DNA of 60,846 nt, taken from the IMG/VR virus record IMGVR_UViG_3300020473_002126, positions 1 through 60,846 of that record; one strand, given 5' to 3'. Origin of the DNA: a virus. Its lineage: Duplodnaviria > Caudoviricetes. A program made the position numbers and the translations under genes. Below, piece by piece: positions 29,200 to 37,997 of the stretch (the first letter of the stretch is position 1; each line of letters begins with the position of its first letter). The notes beneath the pieces were generated by a model, which saw only the letters and a program-made list of their open reading frames with translations, searched no databases and was not told the DNA's origin.

Positions 29200-29885
29200 G
29201 CGAAATTTATGACAAGTATTTAACACCAGAACAACAAAAAAAGATCAAACAAATTCCTGATGAACGAAGATGGAATAATTACAGAAACTTTGATTTAGAA
29301 CTTGAAGTCTGGGATAATTTCTGGAACAATGTTTTTAAAGGCACAGACGGTCAAAAGGTTCTAGACTATGGTTGCGGTGCAGCATATGATGAATTAGTTG
29401 CCCGCACACTAGGGAAGGCTGATGTGACATCTCTAGATATTGACACAAAAGAAGTAAAAATTGTCTTTGGAAGATTTCACGAAGCAACAGGAATCAATGC
29501 TAAGTACTGGGACGGAAAAACGATGCCGTTTGAAGATGAATCATTTGATGCAATTATTTCAAAGGCTTCTCTTTCAAAATTAGTAAATTCAAGCTGGGAA
29601 TCAGCATTGTCAGAACTAGCCCGTGTTTCAAAAGACAATGCTATTTGGTATATATCTCCCCATTACATGTCTGAGCGCCTTGTACAAAACATGCCTGAGT
29701 CTATCAAAAACACGCTTGTGGAGAAAAACGTTCAATTATGCTCTTGGACATGGGACACAGAAGATCCTAGAAATAGATACTGGAGAAACAAGGGCATTAT
29801 TACTGAAGATGCCGCTGGTGGCCATGATTTCAACTATGAAAATCGAGAAAACATAGGTGCGGATGTAACAGATAATGAAGATTGA
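29196..29885 (+). CDS. Class I SAM-dependent methyltransferase
   Basis: VLDYGCG, SLDID, MPFEDESFD, ELARVSK; ATGA overlap. Confidence 0.88.
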   Translation: MSEIYDKYLTPEQQKKIKQIPDERRWNNYRNFDLELEVWDNFWNNVFKGTDGQKVLDYGCGAAYDELVARTLGKADVTSLDIDTKEVKIVFGRFHEATGINAKYWDGKTMPFEDESFDAIISKASLSKLVNSSWESALSELARVSKDNAIWYISPHYMSERLVQNMPESIKNTLVEKNVQLCSWTWDTEDPRNRYWRNKGIITEDAAGGHDFNYENRENIGADVTDNED

Positions 29886-30513
29886 TAGTTGTGTAATAGT
29901 TTGTAGAGGGTCTTCTGTAGCTAGAATAGATGAGTTAAGCAAGTCTTATGATGTTTGCCTTCTAGTTAATGAATGGACAACTGAGCTTGAAAAATTTGAT
30001 AACATCTCTGAATTTTTACTATTACAAAACAAAGTCATTCATGTTATAAATCGCGATGCGAGATCATTTCTAAAGAAAGAGCAGTATCAAAAATATAAAA
30101 TAGATCACTGTCAACTAAATGTAAGAGAACCAGAATACAAACAAAGTCCTTTAAGAATGTGGTTGGAAGACAAATCAATAAATACAAAGTTTCTAAGCGA
30201 ATCGTTGGTGCCCATATCAAAAACTGGCGCCGGAGGATTTCCATCTACCGGTGTCTTGGCAGTTGCTCACGCTGCAAAAGTTCTAAATGCTAAGTCAATT
30301 GATGTGATCGGTTTAGACTTTTTTGAAGCAGATTATTTCTCTCATCACTCTCATTCTAGAAAGCCAGCTGCTCAAGATTATCAAAAGAAAAAAGGTGTTG
30401 TTATGAAAGAGTATACTGAAAAACTTTTAGCACTTTTCCCAAATACAGACTTTAGATTTTTTACAAATTCTACATTTGAACCCAATTTAGAAAACGTAAA
30501 GATAGTAAAATGA
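29875..30513 (+). CDS. Sialyltransferase-like protein (GT29-type motifs)
   Basis: SCVIVCRGSS resembles sialylmotif L, FPSTGVLAV sialylmotif S, then IDVIGLDFF and YF..H. Confidence 0.6.
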   Translation: MKIDSCVIVCRGSSVARIDELSKSYDVCLLVNEWTTELEKFDNISEFLLLQNKVIHVINRDARSFLKKEQYQKYKIDHCQLNVREPEYKQSPLRMWLEDKSINTKFLSESLVPISKTGAGGFPSTGVLAVAHAAKVLNAKSIDVIGLDFFEADYFSHHSHSRKPAAQDYQKKKGVVMKEYTEKLLALFPNTDFRFFTNSTFEPNLENVKIVK

Positions 30514-31172
30514 CACAAAAAATAGTTGCAGTAATCCCTGCCAGGGGCGGTAGTAAGGGAATACCAAAAAAGAACCTCGCAACTCTAAATGGTAAGCCGC
30601 TACTATATTATAGTGTAACAGCATGCATAAAATCACAAGTAATTGATGAAACATGGGTATCATCAGATGATGATGAAATATTAAATTATGCAAAGTCTTT
30701 GGGGGCTAAGGGTTTAAAACGGCCTAGTTCAATTTGCTCAGACGAGTCGTCGTCTGAAAGTGCATTACTCCATTTTGCTGACTGTGTAGGGTTTGATACA
30801 CTTGTTTTTGTTCAAGCAACTTCCCCACTAATTACATGTGATATTGTCGCAAATGCAGTAACTCACTACAAACAAGACACGGGATTGGACTCTTTAGTTT
30901 CTGGGCACATTGATCATGGTTTTTGGTGGGCAAATGGCAAACCTTTGTTTGACCCGCTCAATCGACCAACTCGACAACAGCAAGGTGACTTGTACAAAGA
31001 GTCAGGAATGTTTTATATTACATCTAGGAGTGCACTTTTAGAGTCAGGATGTAGATATTCCGGAAACGCAAAAATCTATCCAATAGACAAAATGTCTTCT
31101 CTAGAGGTGGACACCGAAGAAGACTTAAGGCTAATTGAACTTATAATGACTAGGAGAAAAAATAATGTTTAA
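30510..31172 (+). CDS. neuA: Acylneuraminate cytidylyltransferase
   Basis: IPARGGSKGIPKKN, VSSD, RP, QATSP, RQ, ESGMFY, EVD. Confidence 0.93.
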   Translation: MTQKIVAVIPARGGSKGIPKKNLATLNGKPLLYYSVTACIKSQVIDETWVSSDDDEILNYAKSLGAKGLKRPSSICSDESSSESALLHFADCVGFDTLVFVQATSPLITCDIVANAVTHYKQDTGLDSLVSGHIDHGFWWANGKPLFDPLNRPTRQQQGDLYKESGMFYITSRSALLESGCRYSGNAKIYPIDKMSSLEVDTEEDLRLIELIMTRRKNNV

Positions 31173-32025
31173 TCCGTACTCAACAGGCAACACGCCATTC
31201 ATCATAGCAGAAATAGGGATCAACCACAATGGAGACGTTGCTATTGCAAAAAAATTAATCGACGTAGCTGTTGATACTGGTTGTGACGCTGTCAAATTTC
31301 AAAAAAGAAATATTGATATTGTCTACACTGAAAAATATCTAGATGGTCATAGAGAGAGCCCTTGGGGGACAACTCAAAGAGAACAAAAGGCAGGTCTTGA
31401 GTTTTCACTAGAAGACTATCAAGAAATAGACAGGTACTGCAAAGCTTCTGGTATAATGTGGACAGCTTCTGCCTGGGACGAAGATAGTCAAGATTTTATC
31501 AATAAGATGGGCGTCCCTTTTAACAAGGTAGCCTCCGCCATGGTGACCAACCCGGCCTTCCTTGAAAAGGTTGCAGCCGAAGGCAAGCATACATTTGTGT
31601 CTACTGGTATGTGTACTTTGGAAACAATCGATCAAGCCGTAGCTATTTTCAAATCTGCAGGATGCCCACTCACATTGTTCCATACAGTTTCAGTGTATCC
31701 ATGCAATGACGCTGATTGCAACGTGAGAATGATAACAACTCTTAAAGAAAGATATAATTGCCCGGTAGGATACAGCGGCCATGAAAGAGGTTTATTGCCG
31801 TCACTTCTTGCAGTTTCTTTGGGCGGAGTAGCTTTAGAGAGACACATAACTCTGGATAGAACTATGTATGGATCTGATCAATCAGCATCTCTCGAACCAG
31901 AAGGACTAAGAAGGCTCGTCAGAGACGCACGCAATGTCACCGCGACATTAGGGACAGGTGAAAAGACATACTCAGCTGAAGAGAGAAGCGTTTCAGAAAA
32001 ACTAAGGTATTTTGAAAGTGAGTAA
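31165..32025 (+). CDS. neuB: N-acetylneuraminate synthase family protein, short form without the SAF/antifreeze domain
   Basis: IAEIGINHNG, AVKFQKR, KVASA, STGM, H.VS.YP, GYSGHE, ERHITLDR, GSDQSASLEP. Confidence 0.95.
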   Translation: MFNPYSTGNTPFIIAEIGINHNGDVAIAKKLIDVAVDTGCDAVKFQKRNIDIVYTEKYLDGHRESPWGTTQREQKAGLEFSLEDYQEIDRYCKASGIMWTASAWDEDSQDFINKMGVPFNKVASAMVTNPAFLEKVAAEGKHTFVSTGMCTLETIDQAVAIFKSAGCPLTLFHTVSVYPCNDADCNVRMITTLKERYNCPVGYSGHERGLLPSLLAVSLGGVALERHITLDRTMYGSDQSASLEPEGLRRLVRDARNVTATLGTGEKTYSAEERSVSEKLRYFESE

Positions 32026-32407
32026 AAAAGAGCAAAGATTTCTCCCAAGAGAAACTCAGCTTGAGATGACTCATGTCGACAAGGGCTGGGGTTGGGAGAG
32101 GTGGATTTGCAATGGTCCAGAATACTGTGGAAAACTATTGTTTTTTAACAAGGGTAAGAGGTGTAGCTGGCATGTTCACAGGTTGAAGGATGAAGTCTTC
32201 TATCTACAGTCTGGAAGAATGCTGGTAAAGTATTCTGATAATGATGACATTGAAAAAGCAAGTGAGGTAACTCTCGAACCAGGTCAAAATTTTCATGTAT
32301 ATCGAGGTTTAAGGCATCAAATGATAGCTCTAGAAGATTCAGAATTATTTGAATTCTCAACTCAACATTTTGACAGCGATAGTTATAGGTTAATCAAAGG
32401 TGACTAA
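32012..32407 (+). CDS. Cupin-fold sugar isomerase-like protein (start uncertain)
   Basis: VDKGWGWE, CSWHVHRLKDEVFY, RHQMIALED, EFST. Confidence 0.82.
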   Translation: MKVSKKEQRFLPRETQLEMTHVDKGWGWERWICNGPEYCGKLLFFNKGKRCSWHVHRLKDEVFYLQSGRMLVKYSDNDDIEKASEVTLEPGQNFHVYRGLRHQMIALEDSELFEFSTQHFDSDSYRLIKGD

Positions 32408-32895
32408 TGATAAAAGACTTGCCCTTAAAAGATCTTTTGAAATCTCAGATTTACAAGGGTGAGCTTTATTCTTTTCAGATTGTTGCAATCCTTTTGGCTT
32501 TGGAAAACTTCTCAGGAAAAAACAATATAGGGGTTGAAATATATCACAAGTGGATAAAGTCTAGAAAAAAGAGAGACCCTTTTCAATCAACGATCAATTT
32601 AGCAATCTTGGCCCGTTCATTTGAAATAAACGGATTTTCTAGTAATTTTCCTTTAGAAATTGATGAAGATGATTATCTTTTGAATGGGGGCACACATAGA
32701 ACTGCGTGTTCTTTATTCTATAATTTAGATAGTGTCCCCCATGTTTTTCGCAGTCGACAAGGCCCATCTAAGGACAATCCAAAATATTATGGGATTGACT
32801 ACTTCAAATCTGATGAAAACTTTTCAAAAAAAGATATCGAAGTTTTATCATTGCGATGGGCAGATATAATTGAAAAATACGAGATAAAAAAATGA
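32407..32895 (+). CDS. Hypothetical protein with ParB/Srx-like GxHR motif
   Basis: SFEINGF...PLEID...LLNGGTHRTACS. Confidence 0.5.
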   Translation: MIKDLPLKDLLKSQIYKGELYSFQIVAILLALENFSGKNNIGVEIYHKWIKSRKKRDPFQSTINLAILARSFEINGFSSNFPLEIDEDDYLLNGGTHRTACSLFYNLDSVPHVFRSRQGPSKDNPKYYGIDYFKSDENFSKKDIEVLSLRWADIIEKYEIKK

Positions 32896-33848
32896 TATTT
32901 CCTGTAATTTTGTGGTCAGTGGCTAGAACATACTTTGATATAATAACATTCGAACTAGCATCAGCTTTCAAAGTTCACAACGTCAAAGATTTTAAGTTTG
33001 AAGAAAATTATGAACCCTTCATTAGAAAAATCTACGAGCCTGACAGTATTGCCGACTGGAAGATTACTAAAAAATTAGATAGACTAAGTACACACCCCAA
33101 GGTTGCAAGATTGATTCAAATAGAAATACCTGACCCAGCTTACAGAGTAAAGTCAGATGGTAATCCAATATCAACCGTAACTGAGCAAATCAAAAGAGTC
33201 ATTAGACAAAAATATGCATTTTTAAAGGATCATCAAGATAAGCCCGATACGATTATTCATATGGGTGATACACACGAACATTCTAAGTTTATCACTGACG
33301 TCTTTGATCAATTCGGCACTCAGCTGTTTAAGTCCCTGGATGTCCCCAGATTTTTGGAAACAATATCTGATAAAACATATGCCCTAACTAAGACGGATAC
33401 ACCCTACATGGTTCCTGGATTCCCTAAAGTATATCCTGTGGGTAAAGACTTAGATGTACTAGTTTCACCAGAAGACTTTTACTCTGTTATGGCAAAATTG
33501 ATTTCTTTTTCTAGAGATTATTCGCAAGAATTTGAAATAAGAGATGTTCCGGAACCTGACGGGATTAGAATAAGATTTCATAAGAAGACACCTGATAAGC
33601 CTCTAGAATATCAAATAGACGTAACGTCTTCTAATCTTGTCAAAAAGATTGATAATTCACTCGGTTACAATATTTTGACAAAAGATCTTGAAATATGCTC
33701 AAGATTAGCATCTTTAAAAAAGAAACCCCACAAGGCACATCATGCTGACTACATAAAGAAGTACAAGTCTGAAGCTGATAAATCCTTGATTAAAGAGTTG
33801 TTGGGGGAAGATCTTGTAAGATTGTATGATTCTCTTGTAGAAGAATAA
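32892..33848 (+). CDS. Hypothetical two-domain protein, possible nucleotidyltransferase-like C-terminus
   Basis: KRVIR...IIHMGD in the N-half; GKDLDVLV DxD motif in the C-half. Confidence 0.5.
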   Translation: MIFPVILWSVARTYFDIITFELASAFKVHNVKDFKFEENYEPFIRKIYEPDSIADWKITKKLDRLSTHPKVARLIQIEIPDPAYRVKSDGNPISTVTEQIKRVIRQKYAFLKDHQDKPDTIIHMGDTHEHSKFITDVFDQFGTQLFKSLDVPRFLETISDKTYALTKTDTPYMVPGFPKVYPVGKDLDVLVSPEDFYSVMAKLISFSRDYSQEFEIRDVPEPDGIRIRFHKKTPDKPLEYQIDVTSSNLVKKIDNSLGYNILTKDLEICSRLASLKKKPHKAHHADYIKKYKSEADKSLIKELLGEDLVRLYDSLVEE

Positions 33849-33855
33849 TACTTAT
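33848..33855 (+). promoter_or_regulatory. Candidate phage late promoter ATACTTAT
   Basis: Identical to 8077-8084; 25 nt before GTG 33873 with a GAGG Shine-Dalgarno between. Confidence 0.45.
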
Positions 33856-33872
33856 ACACCAGAGGTGGATGA

Positions 33873-34610
33873 GTGTTGCTACGCGAATTTATAAGACAAA
33901 TAATCTTAGAGAGTGAGTCCTGTAGATCTCCAAAAGTAATTTTCATGGCAGGCGGCCCGGGATCAGGTAAGTCTCATGTAATAAATCAGCTGGGCTTAAG
34001 ACAGAGAATGCGAGTAATAAATCCAGATGATCAGTATGAAGCAGCAATGAAAGCCGAATGCATTCCGATGGACAGGGCCTCTTTGATGGATGAATATAAA
34101 CCACTGAAAGACGAATACTTGTCAGCCGAAGAGTCCGGAGATTTAGAGGCGATGAGTAGAATTCGTCCCGAGTATGAACGATTAAGGGACATATTAAGCA
34201 GAAACATGACACTATTTACTCAAGCCAGGTCTCAAGCTAAGAAAGACGCAGCCGCATGCTGCTTGAATAAAGTTGATTACATTGTAGATGGTACTGGAGG
34301 CCAACTTAGAGAGATTAGTCAACAGGTTGAAAAAGCGAAAGAAGCCGGCTATGATTTTGCAATGATTTATGTTCACGTTCCCTTAGAAGAATCTCAAAGA
34401 AGAAACTATGAGCGATCAAAGCAACCAGAACCAGGTAGGACCTTGACTACTAAGACTGTTAAGCGATCGTGGGAAGCTGTCAATAGAAACAAACAAGCTT
34501 ATGAAGAAATGTTTGGTAATAACTTTTTTTATGTCGTCAATACACGTGAAGAATCTGAAGAATCTATAAACAGTGTTCGGTCAAACTTAAGTAGATTTTT
34601 AGACACCTGA
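33873..34610 (+). CDS. Zeta-toxin/AAA_33-like P-loop kinase with possible head-targeting leader
   Basis: FMAGGPGSGKS, INPD, IVDGTG, YVHVPLEESQRRN; N-terminal MLLREFIRQIILE. Confidence 0.8.
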   Translation: MLLREFIRQIILESESCRSPKVIFMAGGPGSGKSHVINQLGLRQRMRVINPDDQYEAAMKAECIPMDRASLMDEYKPLKDEYLSAEESGDLEAMSRIRPEYERLRDILSRNMTLFTQARSQAKKDAAACCLNKVDYIVDGTGGQLREISQQVEKAKEAGYDFAMIYVHVPLEESQRRNYERSKQPEPGRTLTTKTVKRSWEAVNRNKQAYEEMFGNNFFYVVNTREESEESINSVRSNLSRFLDT

Positions 34611-34650
34611 ACAATTTTTTAGATTTGCTGTATAAATCTAAGAGGTTGTC

Positions 34651-34965
34651 ATGATATATTGTTTTGATATAGACGGTACTATTTGTTCTATTACTGACGG
34701 GGATTATGAAGATGCTAAACCCTTTATTGATAGAATAGAACATGTAAATAGGCTACATTCAGAGGGTCATAAAATAGTTTACTTTACCGCCCGAGGATCT
34801 ACTACGGGAATAGACTGGACTAAAGTGACAGAAGCTCAACTAAACAAGTGGGGTGCAAAGTATCACGAGCTACACTTGGGCAAGCCTCACTATGATGTTT
34901 ACGTGGGTGATAAAGCTTTTAATGATAAAGTGTACTTTAGGGACGAAGAAAAAAATGAGACTTGA
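34651..34965 (+). CDS. Small HAD-superfamily phosphatase (capsule biosynthesis type)
   Basis: FDIDGTI, FTARG, GKP, DKA. Confidence 0.88.
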   Translation: MIYCFDIDGTICSITDGDYEDAKPFIDRIEHVNRLHSEGHKIVYFTARGSTTGIDWTKVTEAQLNKWGAKYHELHLGKPHYDVYVGDKAFNDKVYFRDEEKNET

Positions 34966-35815
34966 TACAATCGGGATAGTAGGACAGGGGTTTGTAGGCT
35001 CAGCGGTCCGCGAAGGGATGAGTAATTTTGTCGATGTTCAAACATACGACAAAGACCCAGACAAATTGTCAACATGCAACAGCTTAGAAGAACTAGTTAG
35101 AAGAAATGATATCATATTTGTTTGTCTACCAACGCCAATGAGGCGCACGGGAGAGTGCGATCTCAGCATTATTGACAAGGTTGTACATGAAATAGATGAA
35201 ATAGCGTTGTCAATTGATCAGAAAAAAATAGCAGTCGTAAAATCAACAATACCGCCGGGAACAACAGTAAATTTGAATTCAGAAATGAAAAAAATTCAAA
35301 TCGTATTTAATCCTGAATTTTTAACTGAAGCGAACCACATAGAAGATTTTAAAAATCAGACCAGAATTATTCTAGGTGGACCCAGACCTGCAACTACCAC
35401 AATAAAAACTCTGTTTAAAAAAGCCTTCCCAGCTGTTCCGATCATAAAAACAGGTTCTAACACGGCAGAGATGGTAAAGTATTTCATCAACTGTTTTCTT
35501 GCAACAAAGGTGACTTTTGCTAATGAAATGTACATGCTATCTAAAGACTTAGATATCGATTTTGATAAAGTCACTGAATATGCTTTATACGACAATAGAA
35601 TCGGAAGAAGTCACCTAGCAGTGCCAGGACCCGATGGCGACTTTGGCTTTGGTGGTCATTGCTTTCCAAAAGATTTAAAAGCAATGATATATCTAGCACA
35701 TACGCTAGGAATTGATACAACCCTTTTGAGTGCTGTAAATAATAAAAACAATATACTTAGAACAGATAGAGATTGGGAAGGAATGATAGGAAGAGCAGTA
35801 AGCGAAGAGAGTTAA
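34955..35815 (+). CDS. ugd: UDP-glucose/GDP-mannose 6-dehydrogenase family protein (short form)
   Basis: GIVGQGFVG, CLPTP, KSTIPPGT, NPEFL, AEMVKY, FGGHCFPKD. Confidence 0.9.
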   Translation: MRLDTIGIVGQGFVGSAVREGMSNFVDVQTYDKDPDKLSTCNSLEELVRRNDIIFVCLPTPMRRTGECDLSIIDKVVHEIDEIALSIDQKKIAVVKSTIPPGTTVNLNSEMKKIQIVFNPEFLTEANHIEDFKNQTRIILGGPRPATTTIKTLFKKAFPAVPIIKTGSNTAEMVKYFINCFLATKVTFANEMYMLSKDLDIDFDKVTEYALYDNRIGRSHLAVPGPDGDFGFGGHCFPKDLKAMIYLAHTLGIDTTLLSAVNNKNNILRTDRDWEGMIGRAVSEES

Positions 35816-35816
35816 T

Positions 35817-36707
35817 GTGAAAATTTTGGTTACAGGAGGCAAAGGATTTGTAGGTTCCCACTTAGCCGTTAGGATGAGAGACGATGGTCACGAGGTAGTG
35901 GTGATAGATGATGAGTCTGCAGAAGAAAATGATGAATTCTACGAGTTTGATGGGATAGAGTATCATACTCAATCCATCCTTGACCCGTCTACAGAATGGC
36001 TTTACAAAAACACAGACGTGGTTTTTCATGCTGCGGCAAAAGCAAGAATACAACCATCAGTTTCAAAGCCTGGGTCTGCATTTGAAACAAATGTTTTAGG
36101 GACTCAGACTGTTTGTCATTTCTCAAAAAAGGCAGGGGTAAAAAGATTGATATACTCTGCCAGCTCATCTTGCTATGGAAAAAAGAATAAAACACCCTTT
36201 AGAGAAGATATGGATGTAGATTGTCAAACCCCCTATTCTCTCTCAAAATTTATGGGTGAAGAAGTGTGCCGACTATACAGTAACCTGTATGATCTCGAAA
36301 CAGTAATTCTAAGATATTTTAATGTCTATGGACCTCGCGAACCTAAGAAAGGGCACTATGCTCCCGTAATAGGGCTTTTTAAGCAGCAGTCATCGAGAGG
36401 AGAGCCCCATACAATCGTGGGCACAGGAAAACAACGTCGAGATTTCACTTATATCGATGATATAGTAGATGCTTCTATTTTATCAATAGACGTAGATTCT
36501 CTGTATGCTTATGGAGAAGTTTTCAACATAGGCACTGGAAAAAGCACTTCTATCTTAGAGATTTCTAAGATGATAGGTGGCCCAAGTATTCAAATAGCTG
36601 ATAGAGTGGGGGAATCAATGGAAACGTTAGCAGACATTAGTAAGGCCAGATCAATTCTTAAGTACGAACCCGCTAACTCTCTTCAGGAAAAGATTAAAAG
36701 TTACTAG
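35817..36707 (+). CDS. NAD-dependent nucleotide-sugar epimerase/dehydratase
   Basis: TGGKGFVG, SSSCYG, YSLSK, RYFNVYGP, RDFTYIDD. Confidence 0.93.
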   Translation: MKILVTGGKGFVGSHLAVRMRDDGHEVVVIDDESAEENDEFYEFDGIEYHTQSILDPSTEWLYKNTDVVFHAAAKARIQPSVSKPGSAFETNVLGTQTVCHFSKKAGVKRLIYSASSSCYGKKNKTPFREDMDVDCQTPYSLSKFMGEEVCRLYSNLYDLETVILRYFNVYGPREPKKGHYAPVIGLFKQQSSRGEPHTIVGTGKQRRDFTYIDDIVDASILSIDVDSLYAYGEVFNIGTGKSTSILEISKMIGGPSIQIADRVGESMETLADISKARSILKYEPANSLQEKIKSY

Positions 36708-37066
36708 TTTTTCCAAAAAACCTGGATGCCAACGATTAAAAAAGACAGAGCTATACAGACTAGATTCTTCGGGGTTAACATACTTTCTTTGAGAAGCAGC
36801 CATGTCAATACTGGAAATACAAGATAAGATGTTCCAAAAGCGAGGAATCTAATTGACCACACAGACTCACCTAACCCATCATATGTTAATTGAGTCCCAT
36901 AATAAGCCAGTAAAGAGGTGGGTAGAGCTAGAGCAAGACATATTGCCAAACTGTTGTTGGCGGCTTTTTCGCTAACAAATTGTAGATTTGTTGAAAACCA
37001 CACACATGTGTGCACTCCAATGAGGCAAAGTGTACCTGCGATTAGTTTACCAAACATTTGAAACAT
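36704..37066 (-). CDS. Small four-helix membrane protein
   Basis: Four hydrophobic segments; size and C-terminal pattern reminiscent of SMR/DMT transporters. Confidence 0.7.
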   Translation of the reverse strand: MFQMFGKLIAGTLCLIGVHTCVWFSTNLQFVSEKAANNSLAICLALALPTSLLAYYGTQLTYDGLGESVWSIRFLAFGTSYLVFPVLTWLLLKESMLTPKNLVCIALSFLIVGIQVFWKN

Positions 37067-37114
37067 CCCCTTTTTTCTGTATACAATTAAATATAAAACT
37101 ATTTGGCAGGTTAA

Positions 37115-37945
37115 ATGGAAGAAAAAACTTTACCCACAGGAAAAAAGCACATATCATTTTCTGAGATAAAATGTTGGAAAGAATGCTCATGGCGACACAA
37201 ACTGTTACATATTGACAAGATTGATGTTTTTAAACCCTCGCCCTATCTAGACTTTGGAACAGCAGTTCATGAAGGTTGTGAAACTCTGTTAGAGACTAAA
37301 GAAGTTGACAAAGAAAAGCTTATAAAAGATATAAGAGATGCTTGGGAAAAAAATGGATTCGATGATCCAGAGTGGGTTGAAAAACAACCAGGTTGGTTCA
37401 AATATCAGCCAGTTGATACTTGGTGTGAGTGGGCATCAAATATGTGGGATGATGTACTACCCTTTTTAGATGAAGCATTTCCTGGTTGGCAACCGATAAA
37501 AGCTGAAGAACAACTATATGAAGACATAGACAATACATTTGTAAAGTTCAAAGGTTTTATTGATGCTGTTATTGTAGCACCTGATTCTAAAAACAAAGAC
37601 AAAGTGTGGATTCTTGACTGGAAAACATCACAATCCTACGGTTGGCGAAGAGAGAAAAAGCAAGACATTTTAATGACCGCTCAGCTAATGCTATACAAGT
37701 ATTTTTGGTCAAGAAAACATAATGTAGATTTAAAAGATATTAGGTGTGGTTTTATTCTATTGAAGCGGGGTGGAAAACCTGGAAAAATGTGTGAACTAGT
37801 CCCGGTTTCTGTAGGGCCCAAGTCAATCGATCGATCAACCAAGATGATGAACAATATGATAAATGCTGTTTCTAAAAAGTTTTATTTAAAAAATAGAAAC
37901 TCATGCAAGTTTTGTGACTTTAAAGACACAGAACATTGTACTTGA
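37115..37945 (+). CDS. PD-(D/E)xK RecB/Cas4-like exonuclease
   Basis: ISFS..C, FGTAVH, E, GFID, ILDWKT, QLMLY, C-terminal CKFC...C; upstream TTGAAA-18-TACAAT. Confidence 0.88.
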   Translation: MEEKTLPTGKKHISFSEIKCWKECSWRHKLLHIDKIDVFKPSPYLDFGTAVHEGCETLLETKEVDKEKLIKDIRDAWEKNGFDDPEWVEKQPGWFKYQPVDTWCEWASNMWDDVLPFLDEAFPGWQPIKAEEQLYEDIDNTFVKFKGFIDAVIVAPDSKNKDKVWILDWKTSQSYGWRREKKQDILMTAQLMLYKYFWSRKHNVDLKDIRCGFILLKRGGKPGKMCELVPVSVGPKSIDRSTKMMNNMINAVSKKFYLKNRNSCKFCDFKDTEHCT

Positions 37946-37997
37946 TTAACGATTAGAATTAGTTTCTGTATGATTATGATTAAAGAATGGAGATGTT

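Noticed and set aside
37115-37945. CRISPR-associated Cas4 and a CRISPR array
   Set aside because: No cas1/cas2 and no repeat-spacer array seen; stand-alone Cas4-like nucleases are common in phages
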